Shown one piece after another: positions 57,711 through 64,000 of a DNA stretch of 64,000 nt (within the stretch, counting starts at the first letter, position 1; every line of letters begins with the position of its first letter). The translations under genes and the position numbers were made by a program. Source of the DNA: an uncultured Candidatus Binatia bacterium. GTDB taxonomy: Bacteria > Desulfobacterota > Binatia > UBA9968 > JAJDTQ01. Location: positions 480,001 to 544,000 of the forward strand of contig OZ251459.1 in the NCBI GenBank assembly GCA_965242525.1, given 5' to 3'. The notes under the pieces were generated by a model. It was not told where the DNA came from. It searched no databases and saw only the letters and a program-made list of their open reading frames with translations.

Positions 57711-58835
57711 ATGTCAGAGGTCAAGGCCGGACTGGAAGGGGTGGTGGCGGGTGAGACGGCCATCTGTGCGCTGCGCGTCGAGGAGGGCCGGCTGCTCTAC
57801 CGCGGCTACGACGTGCACGAGCTCGCAGAGCAGGCGGCCTTCGAGGAGGCGGCGCACTTGGTGCTCTTCGGCCGGCTTCCCACCCGGGCGGAGCTGGATT
57901 CCTTCGATGCGGAGTTGAAGTCCAACCGGGCGTTGCCCGCGGGCGTGATGGACGGCCTCGCGCTGCTCCCGTCGGACGCCGTCCCCATGGACGCGCTGCG
58001 CACCGCGGTATCGGCGCTGGCCCTCCACGACCCCGATGCAGGGGATGATTCGCGCCCTGCCAACCTGCGCAAGGCCACCCGCCTGCTCGCCCGGACGGCC
58101 ACGGCGGTGGCGGCGCTCCACCGGCTCTCCCGGGGTCTCGACCCGGTTGCGCCGGACCCGGCGCTCGACCATGCGGCCAACTTCCTCTACATGCTGCGGG
58201 GGGAGCGTCCGGACGAGTTCGAAGCCAGAGTGCTGGAGGTGACGCTGATCCTCTACATGGAGCACGAGTTCAACGCCTCCACCTTCACGGCCCGGGTCAT
58301 CGCCTCCACCCTGTCCGACCTCTACGGCGCGGTGGTGGGCGCGGTCGCCGCGCTCAAGGGGCCGCTCCACGGAGGCGCCAACGAAAAGGCCATGGAGGTG
58401 CTCCTCGAGATCGGCGACCCCGCCCGGGCCGAAGCGTGGGTGCAGGAGAGCCTGCGGCGGAAGGAGCGCGTCATGGGGTTCGGCCACCGCATCTACAAGA
58501 CCGCGGACTCCCGGGTGGAGTTGGCGAAGAAGTGGGGCGGGTTGCTCGGCCGGCATATCGACGACAGCCGGTGGAGCGACGTCTGCGCCACAGTGGAGGA
58601 CGTCATGCGGCGGGAGAAGAACCTGTTCCCCAACGTCGATTTCTACGCCGCTCCCATCTACTACATGATGAAGATCCCGGTGGGCCTCAACACGCCCATT
58701 TTCGCCATGAGCCGGGTGGCGGGCTGGTGCGCCCACGTCATGGAGCAGATGGAGCACAACCGCCTGTTCCGGCCCAACTCCCGGTACGTGGGCCCGGAGG
58801 GTCTCGCGTTCGAGCCGCTGGACCGGCGCGGCTGA
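57711..58835 (+). CDS. Citrate synthase / 2-methylcitrate synthase (type I, PrpC-like)
   Basis: GLEGV, YRGY, EHEFNASTF, GPLHGGANE, GFGHRIYK, PNVDFY. Confidence 0.92.
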   Translation: MSEVKAGLEGVVAGETAICALRVEEGRLLYRGYDVHELAEQAAFEEAAHLVLFGRLPTRAELDSFDAELKSNRALPAGVMDGLALLPSDAVPMDALRTAVSALALHDPDAGDDSRPANLRKATRLLARTATAVAALHRLSRGLDPVAPDPALDHAANFLYMLRGERPDEFEARVLEVTLILYMEHEFNASTFTARVIASTLSDLYGAVVGAVAALKGPLHGGANEKAMEVLLEIGDPARAEAWVQESLRRKERVMGFGHRIYKTADSRVELAKKWGGLLGRHIDDSRWSDVCATVEDVMRREKNLFPNVDFYAAPIYYMMKIPVGLNTPIFAMSRVAGWCAHVMEQMEHNRLFRPNSRYVGPEGLAFEPLDRRG

Positions 58836-58869
58836 TCCGGAGACCGTGCGGACAGGATCGAGGAGGACC

Positions 58870-59655
58870 ATGGACTACCAAGCCATCGAGTTCGAGAGGA
58901 AGGACGGCATCGCCTACGTGACCCTCAACCGGCCCGAGGCGCTGAACGCCCGCAACCGGCGCATGCGCGAGGAGCTCATCGACGCGGTGACGGTGGTTCG
59001 GGCGGACCCGGAAGTGCGGGCGGTGATCCTGACCGGCGCCGGCGAGAGGGCGTTCTCGGCCGGACGCGACCTGAAGGAGGCGGCCCGGGAGAAGACCGGC
59101 GTGGTGGCCGCCCGGCAGCAGAAGCTGGAGGTCAGCGACACGGAGATGATCGCCCGGCTCCCCAAGCCCGTCATCGCGGCCATCAACGGCTACGCCCTGG
59201 GCGGCGGCTGCGAGTTGGCGCTGGCCTGCGACATCCGGGTGGCGGTGGAAGGCGCCAGGCTGGGTCTGCCGGAGGTGTCCCGGGGCATGATCCCCGGAAG
59301 CGGCGGGACCCAGCGCCTGTCCCGGGTGGTGGGGCTCGGCAAGGCCCTGGAGCTGATCCTCACGGGCGGGGTCATCGACGCCGAAGAAGCCCTCCGCATC
59401 GGGCTGGTCAACCGGGTGGCGCCCCGGGAAGGGCTCATGGCCGCGGCCGAGGAATACGCCCGGGCCATCGCGCGCCAAGCGCCGGTGGCGGTGGTGTTCG
59501 CCAAGGAGGCGGTGCGCGAGGGCTACGAGATGTCCCTGGACGACGGCCTGCGGCTGGAGACCGACCTGTCGGCGCTGCTCAGGACCACCGAGGACATCAA
59601 GGAAGGGGCCCGGGCCTTCGTGGAGAAGCGCCCGCCCCAATGGCGCGGACAGTGA
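58870..59655 (+). CDS. Enoyl-CoA hydratase/isomerase
   Basis: LNRPEALNA, AFSAGRDL, ALGGGCELALACD, LPEV..GGTQRL. Confidence 0.93.
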   Translation: MDYQAIEFERKDGIAYVTLNRPEALNARNRRMREELIDAVTVVRADPEVRAVILTGAGERAFSAGRDLKEAAREKTGVVAARQQKLEVSDTEMIARLPKPVIAAINGYALGGGCELALACDIRVAVEGARLGLPEVSRGMIPGSGGTQRLSRVVGLGKALELILTGGVIDAEEALRIGLVNRVAPREGLMAAAEEYARAIARQAPVAVVFAKEAVREGYEMSLDDGLRLETDLSALLRTTEDIKEGARAFVEKRPPQWRGQ

Positions 59656-59687
59656 CCGGCTGCCGCTGAAGCGGAAGGGGAGGGGAC

Positions 59688-61427
59688 ATGGCGGAATACG
59701 GCTCCGACGTGATCGTCGAACTGCTCAAGGCCCTGGGCGTCAAGTACGCGGCCTTGAACCCGGGGGCGAGCTTTCGCGGCATCCACGATTCCCTGGTGAA
59801 CTACAACCGCAACAAGGACCCGGAGATCATCGTCTGCTGCCACGAGGAGATCGCCGTGTCCCTGGCCCACGGCTACGCCAAGGCCACGGGCGAGCCCATG
59901 GCCGCCATCGTGCACGACGTGGTGGGTTTGCAGCACGCGGCCATGGCCATCTACAACGCGTGGTGCGACAAGGTCCCGGTGCTGGTGCTGGGGGGCACCG
60001 GACCCATGGACGCCACCCGGAGGCGGCCGTGGATCGACTGGATCCACACCGCGCTGGTGCAGGGCAACTTCGTCCGGGACATCGTCAAGCTGGACGACCA
60101 GCCCATGAGCCTGGGAGCGCTGTCCAACTCCATCCTGCGCGGGTACCGGGTGGCCATGACCGAGCCCAGGGGGCCGGTCTATCTCTGCTTCGACCTGGAC
60201 CTGCAGGAGGCCCGGCTGCCGGAGGCCATGGAGGTCCCCGCGCCGGACCGTTACCGGCCGCCGGCGCCGCTCCAGGCGGAGCAGGGCGCCATCGAGGAGG
60301 CCGCGGCGTGGTTGTCCGAAGCCGAGAACCCGGTGATCATCGCCGACTACCTGGGACGGCGCCCGCAGGCCATGCTGTCGCTGGTGGATTTGGCGGAGAC
60401 CCTGGGCGCGGCGGTGGTGGACCGGGGTGCGCGCCACAACTTCCCCAACACCCATCCCCTGGACCTGACCGGGAAGGAGAAGGAACTGGTGGCCGAGGCC
60501 GACGTCATCCTGGGTCTCGACGTCATGGACCTGTTCGGCGCGCTGTACCGCCACGACCCACGCACCCAGACCTCCGCGCCGGCCTTCCGTCCCGGCTGCC
60601 GGATCGTCAACGTGACCTTGGCCGACTTCGCCATCAAGAGCTGGTCCACCGAGTACATGGAGCTGGCGCCCGTGGACCTGCCCATCCTGGCCGATACCCA
60701 TGTGTTCGTGCCGGCCCTCACCGAAGCGGTCCGGCGCCGGGGCGGCCCTGCGCGGTCGGTGGTGGAAGACCGCAGCCGGGCCCTGGAGCGGCGCCACCGG
60801 GCCATCCGGGAGGAAAGCCAGGCGGTGCTCCGGAAGCGCTGGGACGAAAGCCCCATCTCGCCGCCGCGCCTGGCCCGGGAGGTCTGGGAGGTCATCGAGG
60901 ACGAGGACTGGACCCTGGTGGCCGGAGCCTTTCGCGGCTGGCCGCGGCGGCTGTGGACCTGGGAGAAGCCCAACGCGTTCCTGGGCGGATACGGCGGGGG
61001 CGGCCTCGGCTATGCCCCGGGCGCGTCCGTGGGCGCCGCCCTGGGGCTTCGGGACACGGGCACGGTGTGCATCGACCTGCAGCGCGACGGCGACCTGCTC
61101 TTCACCAACTCCGCCTTGTGGACCGCGGCCAGCTACGGCGTGCCGCTGCTCATGATCATGACCAACAACCGCACCTACTACAACGACGAGGAACACCAGG
61201 AGCGGGTGGCGCTGGCGCGCCGCCGCCCGGTGGAGAACAAGGGCGTGGGCATGCGCATGGAAACGCCCCCGGTGGACTTCGCGGCCCTGGCCCGGTCCTT
61301 CGGGGTGTACGGCGAAGGACCCATCGAGGATCCCGCGGATATCCAGCCCGCGGTCCGGCGGGCCTTGGCGATGGTCAAGGAGGAGCGCAAGCCGGCCCTG
61401 GTGGACGTGGTCATACAGGCCATCTGA
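59688..61427 (+). CDS. Thiamine diphosphate-dependent enzyme (ALS/benzoylformate decarboxylase-like)
   Basis: NPGASFRG, HEEIAV..AHGYAK, xDGD..NN ThDP motif. Confidence 0.9.
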   Translation: MAEYGSDVIVELLKALGVKYAALNPGASFRGIHDSLVNYNRNKDPEIIVCCHEEIAVSLAHGYAKATGEPMAAIVHDVVGLQHAAMAIYNAWCDKVPVLVLGGTGPMDATRRRPWIDWIHTALVQGNFVRDIVKLDDQPMSLGALSNSILRGYRVAMTEPRGPVYLCFDLDLQEARLPEAMEVPAPDRYRPPAPLQAEQGAIEEAAAWLSEAENPVIIADYLGRRPQAMLSLVDLAETLGAAVVDRGARHNFPNTHPLDLTGKEKELVAEADVILGLDVMDLFGALYRHDPRTQTSAPAFRPGCRIVNVTLADFAIKSWSTEYMELAPVDLPILADTHVFVPALTEAVRRRGGPARSVVEDRSRALERRHRAIREESQAVLRKRWDESPISPPRLAREVWEVIEDEDWTLVAGAFRGWPRRLWTWEKPNAFLGGYGGGGLGYAPGASVGAALGLRDTGTVCIDLQRDGDLLFTNSALWTAASYGVPLLMIMTNNRTYYNDEEHQERVALARRRPVENKGVGMRMETPPVDFAALARSFGVYGEGPIEDPADIQPAVRRALAMVKEERKPALVDVVIQAI

Positions 61428-61482
61428 AACGGACGCCCTGCGGCGGACCAACCGTCGGCAGGCCGCCGGATAAATATCGTAA

Positions 61483-61622
61483 GGAACCTCTGAACAATCA
61501 GGCAGAGGGCATGAGCGCGTCCTTCGACTTCGCTTCGCTACGCTCAGGACGAACGGAAATAGGGGCGTCAGGGTGAGGGAATCGGGAATCCATCCCGGAT
61601 GTCTTGATTGTTCAGAGGTTCC
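61483..61622 (-). mobile_element. Intact MITE, family A (140 bp)
   Basis: Perfect 18-bp TIR GGAACCTCTGAACAATCA..TGATTGTTCAGAGGTTCC flanked by GTAA direct repeats; internal sequence nearly the same as 32357-32487. Confidence 0.88.
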
Positions 61623-61626
61623 GTAA

Positions 61627-61690
61627 GGAAACTCTGAACAATTACCCCGTTCGTCCTGAGCGTAGCGAAGCGAAGTCGAAGGACGCGCTT
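61627..61690 (+). repeat. Abutting partial family-A element (left TIR + core)
   Basis: GGAAACTCTGAACAATT followed by the core. Confidence 0.85.
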
Positions 61691-61704
61691 ACGGAGGGTT
61701 CGTC

Positions 61705-63396
61705 ATGGCTTACGACCTGGTCATTCGCGGCGCCGCCATCTGCGACGGTTCGGGAAGCCCCGGCTACACCGGGGACGTGGCCGTCCAGGGGGAGACGCTG
61801 AGTCAGGTGGGGGGCAAGGCCGGCCCCGCTCGCCGCGAGGTGGACGGCGCGGGCCTGGTGGCGGCCCCCGGCTTCATCGACGGCCACACGCACATGGACG
61901 CGCAGTTGCTGTGGGACCCCCAGGTGACGAGCTCGTGCTACCACGGCGTCACCAGCATCGTCACCGGCAACTGCGGGCTGAGCCTCGCCCCGTGCAAGCC
62001 CGAGGACCGGGACGTCCTGCTCCAGACCTTCTCCCACGTGGAGGGCATGGACATCGAGCTCCTGCGGCGCGCAGTGGCGTGGAGTTGGACCGACATGGCC
62101 GGTTACATGCGCGCGGTGGAGGCGGCGCGCCCGGCCCTGAACGTGGGCATGCTGGTGGGCCACTGCCCGCTGCGCCAATACGTCATGGGAGACGACGCCG
62201 TAAGGCGGGCGGCCACCGCGGACGAGGTGGCCTCCATGCAGGCGTTGCTGCAAGAGGCCCTGGAGGCGGGGCTGCTGGGGTTTTCCACCAACCGCAACGA
62301 GCGCCATTTTCGTGAGGACGGCGAGCCGTTGCCGAGCCGGTTGGCGGAGTGGGAAGAGGTGGAAGCCCTGGGGCAGGTGCTGGCGGAGCTCGGGCGCGGG
62401 GTGATCCAGATGAGCTCGGCCTCCCAGAGCGCGGAACGGGTGGCGGCGTTGGCGGATTTCTCCCTGCGCACCGGCCGTCCGGTGGTGTGGAACTCCATCC
62501 TGCACCGGTGGTCCAAGCCGGACGAGTGGCGCGAGCTGCTGGAGGCCGCCGCGGCGGGTTTCGAGCGCGGCGCGCGGGCCTGGCCCAACACCAACGTCCG
62601 GCCCTTCAACAACCGCTTCAACCTCATCGACGGACAGGAGTTCGACGAGTTCCCCACTTGGCGCGGCCTCATGTTCAGCCCCGTGGAGGAGCGCCGGGCC
62701 GCGTTCCGGGACCCCGAAGTGCGGAAGAAGCTGCGCTGGGAAGTCGTGGAGGACCCCACGCCGGCCGCCTTCCACAAGCGCTGGGAGCTGGTCTATATCG
62801 TCAAGCCGGCGCGCGAGGAGAACGCCCGTCTTCGGGGCGAGAACGTGGCCGACTACGCACGTTCCCAGGGCAAGGACGTGCTGGACGCCTTCCTGGACCT
62901 GTGCCTGTCGGAGGACCTGGAGACCGGCTTCCAGACCGCCCACACCAACGGCGACCCCGACGCCGTGGGCGCCATCGTGTCGAGCCCCTACACCGTGCTG
63001 GGGCAGTCGGACGCCGGCGCCCACGTGGCCATCGACGCGGGCTTCGGCTACTGCACGATGCTGTTGTCCCGGTACGTGAGGGAGCGCGGCGACCTCACCC
63101 TGGAAGAGGGCGTCCGCAAGCTCACCTCCATGCAGGCCGAGATCTGCGGCATCGCCGACCGCGGCCTGCTCCGGCCCGGCATGGCCGCGGACGTGGTGCT
63201 GTTCGACCCCGATACGGTGGGTCCGCAGGAACCCGAGCTCGCGCACGACTTCCCCGGCGGCGCCGCCCGATTGGTGCAACGGGCGGACGGCATCCGCACC
63301 GTCCTCGTCAACGGACAGGTGGCGTTGGAGGACGGCGCCCCCACCGGGGAGCGTTCGGGCAGGCTGCTGCGCAGCCGCGGTGCGGAAGTGTCGTAG
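61705..63396 (+). CDS. N-acyl-D-amino-acid deacylase family amidohydrolase
   Basis: APGFIDGHTHMD, GVTSIVTGNCG, SDAGAH, RGLLRPGMAADVVLFD. Confidence 0.9.
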   Translation: MAYDLVIRGAAICDGSGSPGYTGDVAVQGETLSQVGGKAGPARREVDGAGLVAAPGFIDGHTHMDAQLLWDPQVTSSCYHGVTSIVTGNCGLSLAPCKPEDRDVLLQTFSHVEGMDIELLRRAVAWSWTDMAGYMRAVEAARPALNVGMLVGHCPLRQYVMGDDAVRRAATADEVASMQALLQEALEAGLLGFSTNRNERHFREDGEPLPSRLAEWEEVEALGQVLAELGRGVIQMSSASQSAERVAALADFSLRTGRPVVWNSILHRWSKPDEWRELLEAAAAGFERGARAWPNTNVRPFNNRFNLIDGQEFDEFPTWRGLMFSPVEERRAAFRDPEVRKKLRWEVVEDPTPAAFHKRWELVYIVKPAREENARLRGENVADYARSQGKDVLDAFLDLCLSEDLETGFQTAHTNGDPDAVGAIVSSPYTVLGQSDAGAHVAIDAGFGYCTMLLSRYVRERGDLTLEEGVRKLTSMQAEICGIADRGLLRPGMAADVVLFDPDTVGPQEPELAHDFPGGAARLVQRADGIRTVLVNGQVALEDGAPTGERSGRLLRSRGAEVS

Positions 63397-63502
63397 CGGA
63401 ATCGGTTCCGTCGATAGGCAGTAGTCCGAATGGCTTCTCACTCGAAACGTCGAACAGCGGGTAGCGCTGGCATGTGGCGCCTAGGCAACATGTGGGGGTG
63501 AT

Positions 63503-63760
63503 ATGGGAAACATACGCAAGACCATTACACTGACCGATCAGCAGGATGAGTGGATCAAGGCGCAGGCGACGGCTGGCAAATTCGCTGACGACAGCGAGTA
63601 CATCCGTGAACTGATCCGTCGCGATCAGGAGGAATCCGCCAGGGTTCAAGCCCTCGAGGCTGCGATTCAAGAGGGTTTGGACAGCGGGGTGAGCGATAAA
63701 ACCGTACCTGCGATTATGGAGGAAGTCGAAGCTCGGCTTCGAAAAGATGGCCGCCTATAG
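63503..63760 (+). CDS. parD: Type II antitoxin, ParD family (RHH)
   Basis: RKTITLTDQQDEWIKAQ..G..DSEYIRELIRRDQ..LEAAIQEGLDSG. Confidence 0.9.
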   Translation: MGNIRKTITLTDQQDEWIKAQATAGKFADDSEYIRELIRRDQEESARVQALEAAIQEGLDSGVSDKTVPAIMEEVEARLRKDGRL

Positions 63761-63914
63761 GTTGTCGAGGAAGGCGGCCGACCTCGATGGAATCCAGGAG
63801 GACACTCTGAACAATTACGGATACCCTGAACGACCATCCCCGTTCGTCCTGAGCGTAGCGAAGCGAAGTCGAAGGGCGCGCTTTCCCCCGGGGAGAAGGA
63901 ACAAGGCGCCGTGA
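63747..63914 (+). pseudogene. parE: Truncated ParE/RelE toxin
   Basis: Start overlaps the parD end; MAAYRLSRKAADLDGI is a ParE-type N-terminus; the frame then runs into repeat sequence from about 63800. Confidence 0.7.
63800..63890 (+). repeat. Family-A element (two tandem TIR-like ends + core)
   Basis: GGACACTCTGAACAATT, GGATACCCTGAACGACC, core at 63839-63882. Confidence 0.85.
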
Positions 63915-64000
63915 GGCTTTCCTGGAACGAGGTTCGGGCGCGGGCCGCGGACTTCGCCCGTGAGTGGGCGGACGCGGCTTACGAGAAGGGCGAGACCCAC
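63911..64000 (+). CDS. N-terminus of an MmeI-family (type IIL) restriction-modification enzyme, partial
   Basis: GTG start: MRLSWNEVRARAADFAREWADAAYEKGETH matches the LSWNE..F..W start of MmeI-like proteins; only 30 codons visible. Confidence 0.7.
   Translation, partial: MRLSWNEVRARAADFAREWADAAYEKGETH

Noticed and set aside
57711-58835. prpC of a methylcitrate operon
   Set aside because: No prpB or prpD nearby; cannot separate it from citrate synthase by eye, so no symbol is given.
1-64000. tRNA, rRNA, cas genes, intact transposase/integrase, reverse transcriptase
   Set aside because: No supporting motifs seen; small ncRNAs cannot be excluded without covariance searches.

Overview
High-GC bacterial chromosome segment with about 60 genes, mostly catabolic. 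It holds two aromatic/heteroaromatic degradation operons (three gentisate-1,2-dioxygenase-like bicupins, NahE-like and DHDPS-family aldolases, UbiD, a dihydroxyphthalate-decarboxylase-like protein, a heme-oxygenase-like diiron oxidase, amidohydrolases, TctABC). It also holds a fused acetone-carboxylase alpha+gamma-like gene, MacAB, apaH, queG, mazG, an AprAB-like flavoprotein/ferredoxin pair, a CoxMSL-type molybdoenzyme, a thiolase/OB-fold pair, a citrate synthase and a ThDP enzyme. The right end has parD, a broken parE and the start of an MmeI-like restriction-modification gene. This repertoire resembles uncultured Binatia/Tectomicrobia-like bacteria (inference only). Main non-annotated signals: (i) a tandem triplication of a small membrane-anchored coiled-coil gene with 1, 2 and 4 heptad repeats; (ii) a modular MITE-like family at about 12 loci, with 17-18 bp terminal inverted repeats, 4-bp target duplications and a GNA mini-hairpin core, which supplies the coxS stop codon and truncates parE; (iii) a 27-nt poly-G tract and a poly-Arg leader ORF upstream of a trimeric autotransporter adhesin; (iv) a decayed hairpin array with a 60-61 nt period. 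No rRNA, tRNA, cas gene or intact transposase was seen. All calls come from reading motifs by eye; no database search was run.
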